Shown in pieces: positions 31,597-47,270 of a DNA stretch of 64,000 nt; positions within the stretch are counted from its first letter, which is position 1, and the number at the start of each line of letters is the position of its first letter. Position numbers and translations under genes: made by a program. The stretch spans positions 114,080,001 through 114,144,000 of the forward strand of contig OZ024742.1 in assembly GCA_964016885.1 (NCBI GenBank), given 5' to 3'. The notes under the pieces are model-generated. The model searched no databases and was not told the DNA's origin. It saw nothing but the letters and a program-made list of their open reading frames with translations. This DNA comes from Eledone cirrhosa (taxonomy: Eukaryota).

Positions 31597-31655
31597 ATAC
31601 ACACATATACACATACACATATACAAAGATATATATACATACACACACACATATA

Positions 31656-31702
<47 letters not shown>

Positions 31703-32132
31703 TATATATACACATACACACAACACATACATACTCATACATAGACATACATATATACTCACATACATACACACATACATATACGCATATATACACAAAC
31801 ATACACATCCATGTATGCGTATATACATACAAACACCACCACACGCTCACACAACTCAGACATACATAAATAAAGGGATATACATACACATATATACATA
31901 TATAAGTAGAGATACATATACACATACACATATATACACACGTACACACACACACACACATACATACACATACAAATACACACGCTCACACAACTCAGAC
32001 ATACATAAATAAAGGGATATACATACACATATATACATATATAAATAGAGATACATATACATATACAAATATATACACACGTACACACACACACACACAT
32101 ACATACACATACATACACACATACATATATAT

Positions 32133-32227
<95 letters not shown>

Positions 32228-32338
32228 TACATATATATACATATATATAAACAATAAAGAAATAAAATAAATAAATAAATAAATAATTTAATACACACAG
32301 TCAGACAAATATGCACACACATACATATACATATATAT

Positions 32339-32389
<51 letters not shown>

Positions 32390-32587
32390 TACATACATAT
32401 ACATACATATATACATACACATACACACATCAACTACAAATATATATATTTATATATATATATATATATATACACACTCACATATACATGCGCACATACG
32501 TACATATATACACATACACACATATACACATAGACGTATACATGTGCATACATATACATACACACATATACCCACATAAATATATAG

Positions 32588-32645
<58 letters not shown>

Positions 32646-33332
32646 GTATATATACACACAATCATACACCCTTATTTACATGCGCACATATGTATTTTTA
32701 TACTCACATACAAACACCCAAACATACATACCTACCTACATATACATACATACATCCACGCTTACAAATACAAATAATAATAATAGGGGGGAAGGGGGGG
32801 AGAAGGGGATTATAGTAAATATAGGTTTCAAGAAACATAGAATATTAATCTGCAATTAGATCATAATATGTGTTTACATAGTAGTTTCAGTATTAGGAAA
32901 TGTAAGAAAGAAGGCAAAATTATGCATTTTAATATAAGTAGACTATTAATTATAGGTTAACTAAATTAAAGATAGTTAATATATTGATTTCTAAGGTGTA
33001 TACTACTTAGGTTTATAATATTTGAAGCGGAATTGGGAAGTTAAATAGTAGTAGAGTAATACTTATAGTATAACTAAATTAAAATTATTAACGTTATGTT
33101 ATCAATATTAGGAAATGAATTTAGTAATAGGGAAAAAAACAAATAAAGTATTACATCGGTCGTAGAATATAAATTATAGGTTAACTAAATTAAAAATTAT
33201 ATATTAATTTCTATAGTATATGTTAATTTGGTTTATAATAATTAAAACAGATATTGTATTTTATCTATAGAAGAATATAATTATAGGTAAACAGAATTTA
33301 AAATTAATACATACACATATATATATATACAC

Positions 33333-33377
<45 letters not shown>

Positions 33378-33853
33378 TATACATACACATACATATTTTT
33401 TCAAAAATTGCAAAGAATATATTAACTAGGTATACATCCAAAACCTATCTCAGTCTATGATTACAAGACACTCTGCAATCCATCTGTATTAGGATATTAA
33501 TTTTAAGCCAATTAAATTAAATTGTTAGGTTAAACAAATTTAAAAGCAAATTATAAATATATTTCTAAAATGTACATTAATTAGGTCTATAATATTAAAA
33601 ATTATTTCTCTGTCATTGAATACACGATATTTTGTTATATTTTATCTGTAAAGGAATTTTAATAAAAGGTTAAATAAATTAAAATTAATCTATAAAATAA
33701 TTTGCGAAGTATATATTAGTAATATTTAAAAGTTTTTCACAATTTATGATTACACAATATTTTATAATCTCATCTGTAGTAGAATTTTAATTAAATTAAA
33801 TTTATAGGTTAACTAACATTTAAATTAAATTATATATTAATTTATAAAATAAT

Positions 33854-33954
33854 TGTTTCTACTTTTAGCACAAGGCCAGCAATTACCCAGTACATTACTG
33901 GTACTTTATTTTATCGACCCCGTAAGGATGAAAGGCAAAGTTAACCTCGGCGGG
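33854..33954 (-). mobile_element. 5'-truncated SINE inserted in the PLE, with an 18-bp target-site duplication
   Basis: TSD ATTAATTTATAAAATAAT at 33836-33853 and 33955-33972; the site is empty in copy a (~2285-2305). Confidence 0.9.
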
Positions 33955-33976
33955 ATTAATTTATAAAATAATGTTA

Positions 33977-35430
33977 TTAATTAGGTTTATAATATTTAAA
34001 TGTTTTTCTTAGTTTATGATTACACGATATAATTAATTCCTGTCGTTTATTTAATAGGATATCCTTAGATTTCATTATTTCAAATAGTTCTTGGGAACAT
34101 AATCTACATTCATTTCTATTATTTTGATAAGGGGTGGCTCTTTTGAGCACACTCCAGGTCATATCATATTCTATATTCTTATTTTCATAACTATTGATTT
34201 TTTCTGCTAGAGATGTTGTATTAGCCAGTGCGGCATTTTTAAAACTATGTTTGTGGGTATTAAACCTTACCTTAAAATTGTTAGAAGTAGCTCCTATATA
34301 TGAGCAAATAGAATCTTTAGTTTTAACATTACATTTATAAACTATGTTGTTAACAAGACAATTTCCTTTTAATGGGCAGTTTGCTTTGTTTCTACAGTTA
34401 CAACCTTTCGTTAATTCTGTATTTGAGGAGATATTATGGTTAGTTTGATGTATTGGTGGTATACTTATGGTATTCTTACATTTATATGCATTATAGGCAC
34501 TTATATTTTGTTTTATGTTATTTGTTGTTGAGTATGAGAATTTAACTGTATACCTATTTAAGATTTGATGGTATTTGTGGTTTGGCGGGAAGTTTTTCTC
34601 TAGGATATAAAAAAATTGTTTAGCAATATTATCCTTAATTTGTAAATTAAATGGAGCATTATACCAAGTAACTCGTCTATTACGGTTTCTATGTTGTTTA
34701 TTATTTTTATAGGTTGTATCGTGATGTTTACTAGGAGGATTAATGTTAATGATCTCACCACGCACATTTTTAGTTAGATTTGTAGATTTAGGTGTTTTAT
34801 CTTGTTTATTAGGAGTTTTATTATTAACATTTATTAGAGTTGTATGATGAGTAGTTTTTTGAGAGTTACTATACTTTATATTAGAAGAGTTGTTGGTATT
34901 TTGGGGTATAGTGTGGGTGGCATTTAGGTGTGTACTTTTCATTTGGTGTTTGTTGGTAATATTAGGTTGTATGTTTATAGTATTTTTAGTAGAAGGTATA
35001 TATTCTAATCTATTTTTGTGGCCACTTCTATCTAGAGCTTCGTTATAGAAGGTCGCATTTTTATCAAATACATCTTGGTTAGAAGAAAGGTTAGAAATTC
35101 TAAGTGATATATTATATGCAAGGTTTTTAAGGATAGATTTAGGGTGATTAGATTGTGAGTGTATGTAGTGTAAGTTTTGGTTGGGTTTATGGTAAGGTTG
35201 GTAGATACCCGTAGCTAAGTCTAAAGTTATATCTAGGAAATTTACTACTTTACTTGTTTTTTCAAAAGTAATATGAAGACTATAATAGTCTTTAAGGAAA
35301 GTTCTAATATGCTTTTTGTTTTTTTCTATTTCTGAAAGGCTAAGGTTGTTGGAAAGAAGAAGACAGTCATCACGATATAAACCACCTTTAAGGTGGGGAA
35401 AGGAGGCATTTATGTTGAAAAGGAGAAAGA
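33977..35430 (-). CDS. PLE polyprotein: RT C-terminal half (YRDD), thumb, linker, CxCx5C, GIY-YIG; open frame, 5'-truncated
   Basis: GGLYRDDCLLL, VNFLDITLDL, YQPYHKPN, SNHPKSI, RISNLSS, WYNAPF, CNCRNKANCPL, YIGAT. The first ~30 aa of the 514-aa track ORF come from the inverted pLTR. Confidence 0.93.
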
Positions 35431-35836
35431 GGTGTGTGTGTGTATGTATATTCGTGGTTGTGTGTATGTTTATGCGTATACGTGCGTGTGTGTGTGAATG
35501 TACGTATATGTGTGAGTACATGAATGTGTGTATATATTTATTTTTATTTTTTTAATTTTTTTATTTTTATATTTATATGTTTATATGAGTATACGTATTT
35601 TATCTGTAGATTATAAACATACAGAGACATTAGCCTTGAATTTTTGTATTTACATACATCTTTTCGGCATGCGTATGCATGTGAACATATATTTTTATAC
35701 ATATCTGTGAACGAAGTTACTTACATATATACACACACCTAACTGTATAAAATTTTTGTGTTTTCATTGGTCAATTTGAACTCTGTTCCCAAACAGACCT
35801 GTAATTTTGAATTGTTGTTATTATCAATAAATATAT

Positions 35837-35990
35837 TTCATTATTTCTGAAGACGGCATATATATGTGTTGGTATGTATGTTTAATTTTGATAGTTTGTA
35901 TAATCATGTATAATTTTGTACATAGATCTGTTGAATATGCATGCCAATTCTAACACATATATATGCTAGAAACGATCGTTAAATAATGAA
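35837..35990 (+). ncRNA. Type I HHR with long stem II (family 1, inverted pLTR)
   Basis: Stem II base GGCATATATATGTGTTGG / CTAACACATATATATGCT (~18 bp); CTGAAGA and GAAAC-GATC-GTT are intact. Confidence 0.78.
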
Positions 35991-36184
35991 CTTTTTTTGT
36001 TTAATATAAGGAACTGTTTCATTGTTTTATTCATTATTTTTTAAATATTTTATCTTGACTCTGTATTCCGTTTATCTTTCACCGGAAGTGATTTTTCATT
36101 GCATCTCTTCTTTCCATGATATCCGGATTACATTGAGTTCTTCATACGGATTGGACACTACCGTAAACTCTTGGTAGATTTATC

Positions 36185-36274
<90 letters not shown>

Positions 36275-36279
<5 letters not shown>

Positions 36280-36735
36280 GTGTCTATTTAAATTGTTTGG
36301 ATACAACAAGCAAATATTTGTATAACTGATATAAAGCACTTAACACATTATTGGAGTAAAAATACGATATATTAACAAATGGAAACTATATTTATAAAAC
36401 CATATTTATTTCATTATACATATTTCAAGGATACCAAGTTAAATTATGGTGTGCTTTCATCAAATGAAATATAATATAGATTAGTTTTAAAATAAATATT
36501 GACATACCCTTAAAGAGTGCGACCATTTCTGTTGGAAGCTCCCGGATAGTCCATCCGGGAGCTTCCAACAGAAATGGCCGCATTCGTTAAGTGCATGTCA
36601 ATATTTATTTTTAGAACTGATCTATATTATATTTCATTTGATGAAAGCACACCATAATTTAACTTGGTGTCCTTGAAATATGTATAATGAAATAAATATG
36701 GTTTTATAAATATAGTTTCCATTTGTTAATATATC

Positions 36736-36738
<3 letters not shown>
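36275..36738. mobile_element. Fold-back element: ~185-bp arms (36363-36547 / 36553-36737) with a degenerate HHR (TTGATGA...GAAA-TATG-TA)
   Basis: Centre GGAAGCTCCCGGAT-agtcc-ATCCGGGAGCTTCC; related sequence at 18895-19050. Confidence 0.8.
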
Positions 36739-36800
<62 letters not shown>

Positions 36801-37260
36801 CAATACATTATCGGAGAAAGCTTTTAGCGGCACTCCGGCCAAATCCCAATGCACTCAACAAATATTAGGAAATAATTGAGTTTATTCATAATTAAACGTT
36901 CGGGGTGCCAACTAATTGTATTGTGCGGAAAATTGGCTGTATTATTTCATATGAGACATATCGAATATATCTCTTCCCAAAGGGACGTCTCGTTTCATTA
37001 TAAGATTTCTACTATTTGGGTGAAATTATACCAATTTATGTAGTAGTGTGTATAAGATCAACAGATACATATTCAAGTGGGTTCTTATAATTCTTCAGTG
37101 GGTGCTCAATAATACTAATATTGATAATCAAATCAATATCAGTATTTAGCGATAATCACCATCTGTGTTTGAGGTATCTGGTAGGTTGCTACTCTAGCAG
37201 TTGTAAAGAAATACTCAAACTGATTCAAAAATGAGGAAGTAGATTACCGCCAAAAAAACA

Positions 37261-37293
<33 letters not shown>

Positions 37294-37374
37294 CAAAATT
37301 AAAATTAGAGACATGCGCCATATCCACCGTAGAATAAGCTCAAAGATTACAACCGAACATTACATATCAACTAC

Positions 37375-37950
37375 AACTAGATTGACATATATATATATAA
37401 AATAAATACATGAAACTATCGCAGGGAATAATTGGTAAAGAATGTAAACACACATATCTAGGTAGGTATCTAATTAAAATTTGACTAGAACTCCAGATAT
37501 AGATACCTTTTCAAAATGATTAATCTCCTTTGTATATATTTCTTTAAGTAAGAAATATATTTCACCTATTAATCCGTAAATCACAGCAGTTAAATTCTTG
37601 GATGTTCACCAAAAGAGAAGAAAAGAACCATCTGTGTTTACACAGAAAAGGCAACAAATCATTCGAACCACGTGTTGCATTTTTTTAAAATACACTCGTT
37701 GAACAACGTCATACCAGAACAACATCATGCGAGAATTTAACTGCTATGATTTACGGATTAATAGATGAAATATATTTCTTACTTAAAGAAATATATACAA
37801 AGGGGATTAATCATTTTAAAAGGTATATGTATATGAATTTCTAGTCAAACTTTAATTAGTTACCTACCTAGCTGTGCTTACATTCTTCACAAATTATTCC
37901 CTGTGATTGTTTCATGTATTTATTTTATATATATATATTTCAATCTATTT
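37375..37950. repeat. Inverted repeat (arms ~37375-37598 / 37732-37950), possibly a PLE 3' end
   Basis: Reverse-complement match, e.g. TTTCTTTAAGTAAGAAATATATTTCA / TGAAATATATTTCTTACTTAAAGAAA. Confidence 0.75.
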
Positions 37951-37961
37951 CTAGTTGATAT

Positions 37962-39411
<1,450 letters not shown>

Positions 39412-39425
39412 TATATATATGTATA

Positions 39426-39558
39426 TAGAAGTGGCTACACAAAAGATTGTTCACCCTACCGAGATGAACTAATTGTTGTGTAACAAATTCTACCTAACTC
39501 GTCACATGGACTGAGTTCTCTACCACTACGGCTATTACTTTCCAGTGTTCTACCACTA
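39426..39558 (+). mobile_element. Mini fold-back remnant of the 20626 family (tail only)
   Basis: TGGACTGAGTTCTCTACCACTACGGCTATTACTTTCCAGTGTT matches 42343-42390. Confidence 0.75.
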
Positions 39559-39560
39559 TT

Positions 39561-39628
<68 letters not shown>

Positions 39629-40442
39629 TGTAACTTTAATTCTAAAATACTACAGATCTCTTATTTATAAAACAAACACAATTTAAAGAACCTTTCCATT
39701 ACTGCATACTAAACTGACCGGGAAAATAACAAAGAACACCCGGATTACACAAGTCGTTTACCAGCATGATGTCACACACAAAAAGAAAAAAACTGAGCAG
39801 CACACATGTTACGCTATTATAGGAAACGGTAATTAACCCAATAATATCTTGATTGATTCACCGGTAAATCTCGACAGAGAGTAAAACTAACAATTTAAAA
39901 AATAATTACATAAAATACAATTTAAAGAATAATTACATGAAATACAAAACGGAAAATGGCAGGATTAGTTCTCAAGATAACGGTCACAGCACAATGAACT
40001 AAAAGACATGACAGCTAAAAATCTCATCAATCAAATTAAACGCTTAATACCTCTTCAACTATGAAAAAAGTGGAACAAATTGAAAATTGTCCTCTAGCTG
40101 ACAAAGACAATGAATGTATTTTCTTCTACATAACATATACCGGCTGCACGTTTGAATAGTTATATCTTATATCCAAGTTTTCGCATATCATATTTATTTT
40201 GTACATATATGTGGTGTTAATCTATCAAACCGACGCAACAATTACTTGCTAACGGTGCATGTCCTCTTCAATGTTTATTATGAATGTTATATATATAATA
40301 AACAACTTCGAAGTATGCAAACTAAACCGTCGTTCGATTATACAATATTTTCCTTGTTTCACAGATATATGTTTTTCGAAAGTAGAATTGGGATGGCGTG
40401 TTTGTGGTTTATGTCGCATCTGTTGCAAATCACATTCTTCCA

Positions 40443-40495
<53 letters not shown>

Positions 40496-40684
40496 TAAAA
40501 TACAGACTAAAGTTTAAGCAAAGGATCGCTTTGCTTAAACTTTAATAAATATATGCTCTCCGGTTCATACATATTTGATATATATTTATCCTCTTTGGAT
40601 TTTAGTCTTCCAATTTATTTATTACTAGTACTATATATATATATGTATATATGTATATATGTATATATGTATATATATATATAT

Positions 40685-41745
40685 GAATAAAGTGGTCCTT
40701 CATCAGTAATCTTCCAACCATCATCGGTATTTCTTCGCTTTAAAGACCATATACCTCCGGTTGGTGCGAGCAACGGCTAAAGAATGTCGTTGGGACATGT
40801 AAATAAAGGGAACAGCGAGAGTGTAAACAAAGAAAGATGGTGAACCAAAGAGAAGTGTGGAAGAACGAGTCAAGTCCCAAATTTCCATGAATATAAGTTC
40901 GGTGAAATCGTGAACGAGAGAGAATAAAGACCATCAAACCTGGTTGAAATGTGAGCAAGGAAGGAATTTCGCACAGGTCTAACGGGAGGAAGATGGGGTC
41001 TAGTCCGTGAATTCGGTAAACATAAGTTCTGTGAAATCGTAGACGAGAGAGAGAAAAAATGCCGACCGGCCTGGCCAAGCGTGCGAAAGAAAAGAATTAC
41101 GCACAGGTCAAACGGGAAGAAGGAGGAGGTGGAGAGGTAGTAACAGAGAGTGAGTGAGTGAAGGGTGAGGAAGAGGCTGACAGAGAGAGTGACTGTTAGA
41201 GAGGGTAAAGATACAGAGAAAGAGGAAGCAGTAAGAACGAAATAGTCGGGTCACTGCGGGGGAAAAACATATGTGTAAATATGAGAATAAACGTGCTGCG
41301 AAGTTGCAAATGGGTTACGTATGAATACAGTGGTCCATCATCAGTGATCTTCCAAACATCATCGGTATTTCTTCGCTTTAAAGACCATATACCTCCGGTT
41401 GGAGCGAGCAACGGCTAAAGAAAGTCATTGGGACATGTAAATAAAGGGAACAGCGAGAGTGTAAACAAACAAAGAGGGTGAAGCAACGAAAAGTGAGTAA
41501 GAACGAGTCGTCCCAAATTTCCATGAATATAAGTTCGTTGAAATTGTGAACGAGAGAGAATAAATACCATCAAACCTGGTTGAAATGTGAGCAAGGAAGG
41601 AATTTCGCACAGGTCTAACGGGAGGAAGAAGGGGGCTAGTCCGTGAATTCGGTAAACATAACTTCTGTGAAATCGTAGACGAGAGAGAGAAAACACGCCG
41701 ACCGCTCTGGCCAAGCGTGCGAAAGAAAATAATTACGCACAGGTC

Positions 41746-41748
<3 letters not shown>
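40685..41748 (-). repeat. Tandem repeat, ~1.7 copies of a 638-bp unit with ~130-bp internal subrepeats and the same CTGATGA module as the 38-kb repeat
   Basis: CATCAG at 40701 and 41339; repeated CGCACAGGTC.AACGGGA and GTGAAATCGT. Confidence 0.9.
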
Positions 41749-41814
<66 letters not shown>

Positions 41815-41817
<3 letters not shown>

Positions 41818-42393
41818 AGTTACATAACAGTTAGTTCACCATACCGAGAACAATTGTTTCACCTTAGCGTTTCCTATTGTGTAATCTCTTTAGAATAGTT
41901 ATTCGTTCGTCAATACATAAGAAAACGTCGGATTACCCGGGGAAATCCGACGTGTGGCTTATGTATTGACGAACGAATAACTATTCTAAAGAGATTACGC
42001 AATAGTGATTGCCTAAACACGAGAACTGAATTGTTCACACGTTGTCCACACGTCGCCAAACACCTATTGCATAAATACAAGGCTCCGGACTGATTCTTTG
42101 TAATTTTATTTTCAACCTAAAAACTGTTCGGACTTTCGCAGTTATCTCCCTTACACCTCTCGCACGCAGTCTAGTATTGCCTGTGTGAAGTGACCTGGTT
42201 TCTGCGCATGCGCATTCGTACGGTTGTCCTTCCTGTTCCTATAAACATGCCCATTCCGAGCTGAGGATCCGCTAAGGTGAAACAATTGTTCTCGGTATGG
42301 TGAACTAACTGTTGTGTAACCACTTCTACATAACTCGTTCCTTGGATTGAGTGCTCTACCACTACGGATATTACCTTCCATTGTTCCACCAGT
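41815..42393 (+). mobile_element. Copy of the 20626 family with rearranged inverted segments
   Basis: 41940-42330 matches 21158-21532; inverted pieces at 41815-41935. Confidence 0.85.
42251..42300 (+). ncRNA. Minimal type I hammerhead ribozyme
   Basis: CCATtCCGAG-CTGAGGA-tCCgctaaGGt-GAAAC-AATT-GTT-CTCGGtATGG. Confidence 0.8.
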
Positions 42394-42845
42394 ATATATA
42401 TGTATATATATATATATACATATATATATAGAGAGAGGCATACATAAATACATACTTATATACATAAATGTTATCTTAGAGCTATCGCAAGTTAAATATA
42501 ATCAGCCAAGCTCGCACTATATGCAAAAGAGCATCTTCAGCAAGCGACCATCATGCAATATTCTATATACACTCTGGTATATGTTACGCCAGTAAATTAT
42601 GCTTCAGTGTCACTTATGTAAGATTGAAAATCTTGAAGCAGCCCTATCTGTAATTTTTAAAACATACTGGCAACTCGGTGATATATTCAGCCAGGAAAAT
42701 TAACAAGAATAATCATATTTTGTTGAGTTTCGTTGAGAAAGTATATTTTTCCTCTGAGTATTATCTATAAACCTATTTTATATGTATGCATATATTTGTT
42801 TTTCATATACACCTAAATTTGCGTAATTACTGTCTTAATGGCACC

Positions 42846-43185
<340 letters not shown>

Positions 43186-43199
43186 TCTATATATATATA

Positions 43200-43810
43200 T
43201 ATATAAGTATATACACGTACATACATATATGTATACAGACATACAGTAGTATGTATATATATGTACATACATGCACACATATATATATGCACTTATGGAT
43301 TCACCGAACATTTATTATAAAGCTCGGTGTGTTTGTAAACAAACAACCCGAATTAAGCCGTACAGTGTCTATCAACCATCGTTGCTCATTTGTTCAACAC
43401 AGACAAAGGAACGCTCTACTAGTTTCAAGCTTATTAGCTAGCGTCAGCACGGTATACCTTCCTGCCAGATGGTTGAACGTCTGGAAGTATTTACTTTCCT
43501 TATGCATATTAACGGCTGAGCAGCCTAATTTGCATATCGAGTGGGTTAATCGGCCGGGAAACTTAAACGATAAACGGAAAAAATGAAACGAAATTTCATT
43601 TATCACTCTTAGTACGGCTGTTACCTAAATATAAGTATGTATACGTACATACATATATGTATACAGACGTACAGTATTATGTATATATATGTACATACAT
43701 GCACACATATATATATGTACTTATGGATTCACCGAACATTTATTATAAAGCTCGGTGTGTTTGTTTACAACTACACCGAGCATTATAATAAATGTTCGGT
43801 GAATCCATAC

Positions 43811-43847
<37 letters not shown>

Positions 43848-43875
43848 CATGTATGTATATATACATACTACTGTA
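43200..43875 (-). mobile_element. 430-bp HHR monomer family: ~1.3 tandem units (period 428) plus an inverted end
   Basis: ATAAGTA at 43203 and 43631; HHR 43411-43453(-) with CTGACGC. Confidence 0.85.
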
Positions 43876-45851
43876 TGCATGTGTGTGTATGTGAAGTGTG
43901 TGCGTGTGTGTGTGTGTGTCTTTCTGTCGTGAAATGTTGTATTCAGTAGTAATTTAAAACTGAAATGCAGCATAAGAACCAAATACACAAGCGCACCCAC
44001 ACACACACACGTGCCCCTCCTCAAATACATATATATATATATATATTGTATGTGTCCATGTGTTTGTTTATAAATATTTACGTGTACGTGTTTGCGTTTC
44101 ACTTGAGAGGATACTCAGTTATGGTTTCTTAAATCTTTCTAATTTCTACACTATTTAATTTCAGCTAGTTTAATTGAGACAATCACGTGGAATATCGATC
44201 ATTTATATTCACCATCAGTTCTGGAGTGCATTTCTAAAACTCAGTTACAATTCGAACACAATCAATACGTATTCTAACATGATTCTCAGTTATTTATACT
44301 CTTGCCAACTCCACTATTGAGGATTGAGAATTTTCCGAATTATATTATTTATACTGAATAATACAACTACGTAAAGGTCTTTAATTTCAGGATCTCTTAT
44401 TTTTCCTTCCAACTTCAGCTCTGTTACCTGTGTGGTATTTCAAGATTTACAAAATTGTCTGTACTACAGCCGCATCCTCGTCCCACCCGCCTTATATATA
44501 TATATACATATGTGTGTGTGTATGTATATATATATTTATATATATATATATTGTACACGCATTTTCCACAATAAATTGATCATTCTATGTTTATATGTAG
44601 AACAAATGCTATATTTGAAATAAAGGCATTAAATCGTCAAATATATATTTTCAATGTTTTTTTTTTCCATTATCCTCTGGAAACGTTAGAATTGTGTGAA
44701 CTTTTTCATCATCAATCCCCTTGTCATTTGTTTTTTAATACATCAAATTCCATTCGCAAGGCAAGCATATATTCAAATTTGTTTCCAACTGCCTCTAAAC
44801 ATTTGCAAATATAATACTGTCTTTTGAGAAACATAGTGAGGAAAGCTTTCACAATGTCTTTTCTTTTATACCAAGAAATTGCTTACAAAATTGATCTAAT
44901 TATTTTATTTACTAATATTTGTTGTTACTTCTTTCACCGCTGCGGTTCTTTTTGTCCCCATTTAAATAACAAAAATGAAATGTATAGAAATATACAGTTA
45001 TAGTTCTGCAAAACATTAAGCAAAATATCATCGTAATAATTGCTCAGAATAAAATAAATAAAAGCAAACGAGATGATATATTTCTATATGAAGAGAACTA
45101 TGTTATTCATGAATATTTCATGTTAAAAATCCTTTTACAATACATCAGCATTGTAATAAGTAGAATATACATGAAACTCACTATAACACATGCCTTTGAA
45201 CGTATTACATAATTATTTGGTTGTACAAAAACTAACATTATATGTTTTTAGCTTTTTCTTACAAGAGGTTTACTACCATATTCAAGAATATATTGTGTTT
45301 GAGAATATGCTATAATTAAATTTTTTTTTCTACCAAGAAGTTAATTATAATGAGAAAAAAAGACAGCCTGTTCGAACATGGCACCTGTGAAAATACTAAA
45401 GCTAGAACCATGATGATATATTTTTCTTCATGGCGTGACAAGTAGTACTAATATTTCTCCCGATCAAAAGTTCTCTTTAAACACATTCTGCGTTTTAGCA
45501 TCTATTCAATAGTCGCTTTATTTTGTTTTTTAAAGATGGTTTATTGATTTAGTAAACTATCTTGCCTAACACAACTGACTTCGTGTTTGTAAGAGTTTTA
45601 CTTGTATGAACTAAATGTGAAGCAAATGTCAAAAAGAATATGAACAATTTTCAAACCGAATTATTTCCCAGTTATGCTAATATATTGCTTTAATGCATAT
45701 ATTACGTTTTGCAAGAAGAATCAGATTTTTCTAAATATATTAGATTAAGTTCAAATATATAATATAATAACTCACACACATACACATAATACATATACAC
45801 ATACACACACACGCAAACACACACACACACGCAAACACACACACACACACA

Positions 45852-45911
<60 letters not shown>

Positions 45912-45917
45912 GAAATG

Positions 45918-45956
<39 letters not shown>

Positions 45957-45973
45957 ATATATGTATGTATGTA

Positions 45974-46053
<80 letters not shown>

Positions 46054-46055
46054 TT

Positions 46056-46103
<48 letters not shown>

Positions 46104-46117
46104 AAATGTGTGAGATC

Positions 46118-46501
46118 CTAGGCATATTTGAAAAAAAAGGAATATAATGACTTCACTTGTAGTGTTAAAAAAATTAATGATTTAATGTTATAATATAATA
46201 TTATAATATTATGAGTGGGTAGATCCAGTAAGTTTTTTGTTAACTTCAGTGGGAAGAATTTTATAGATTCCTGGTTAAATTGGGGTGGAGAAATTTTTCG
46301 CATACGTCTGTCTGTGGTGATTGTCAAACTGAGATCAGGTTGTGTTGAAATGTGTGGCTATATATAAGATAGATTTTGATGCGTCTCGGGTGCGGTGTGT
46401 GGTGTTAATGAGTGTTGATGATCATGAATGCAGGAGTAATTCAAGTATACACACACACACAGACACACATACACATATACACACACATACACACACACAC
46501 G

Positions 46502-46560
<59 letters not shown>

Positions 46561-47239
46561 TCAGAAAATGGTGAGGTTGTAAGATAAGGGTGTTTGAGAG
46601 TGTAGTTGTAAACCTACTCTCCTGCTGGTTTTATTTCATTAGCTGATCTTTGATGAGTTGATAATGTCATAGCTAAATCATCTCTTCCAAAATCATAAAG
46701 AATATCTTCTACCGATTTCTATATGAAAGAGGAATTTAGGTGCATGTCTGGGTTTTAATGAGGTTTAAGATGCATAACTTCTGATAAGAATGGGATGACA
46801 GGAAAAAGAAAAAAGAAGGATAGTTTGGGAATATTTTTCAAAGGTGTGTTGTTGATATTGGTCTGGGAGAGGAAGTGTCTGTGTGTGTGTGTGAGTGGGG
46901 GGGGGGGATACTGACTCACATATTCACTTCCCTATATGTAAATGTATCTACAGTCCATATATACTACATACAAGCACATATCTCTCTTATATATAATCAC
47001 ACATACATTTCAACACAACCTGATCTCAGGTTCACAATCGACACAGACAGACGAATGCGAGAAGTTTCTCCAACTCAAGTTAACCAGGAATCTCTAAAAT
47101 TCCCCCCACCGAAGTTATCAAAGAACTTACTGGATCTACCAACTCATAACATTATAATATTATATTATAACATTAAATCATAAATTGTTTAAAACAATAA
47201 GTGAAGTCATTATTTTCCTTTTTTTCAAATATATATAAG

Positions 47240-47255
<16 letters not shown>
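46118..47255. repeat. Inverted repeat (arms ~46120-46370 / 46980-47250)
   Basis: AATATAATATTATAATATTATGAGTGGGTAGATCCAGTAAG vs CTTACTGGATCTACCAACTCATAACATTATAATATTATATT. Confidence 0.8.

Positions 47256-47270
<15 letters not shown>

Larger units (their letters stand above)
30172..36188 (-). mobile_element. PLE family 1 copy b: partial RT plus EN, ~3.8-kb 3' UTR ending in an HHR-pLTR, and an inverted pLTR at 35431-36188
   Basis: ORF 33977-35430; ~30172-30780 is the reverse complement of ~35431-36050; HHRs at 30232-30385(-) and 35837-35990(+). Confidence 0.92.

Noticed and set aside
35431-35521. Met start of the 514-aa ORF
   Set aside because: It derives from the inverted pLTR fused at ~35431; the element is 5'-truncated.
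40695-40767. HDV-like ribozyme fold
   Set aside because: A possible GGTC/GACC pairing exists, but the P3/L3 and P1.1 consensus is absent.
44600-44960. Possible piggyBac-type Cys-rich C-terminus
   Set aside because: No continuous frame or TIR/TTAA evidence.
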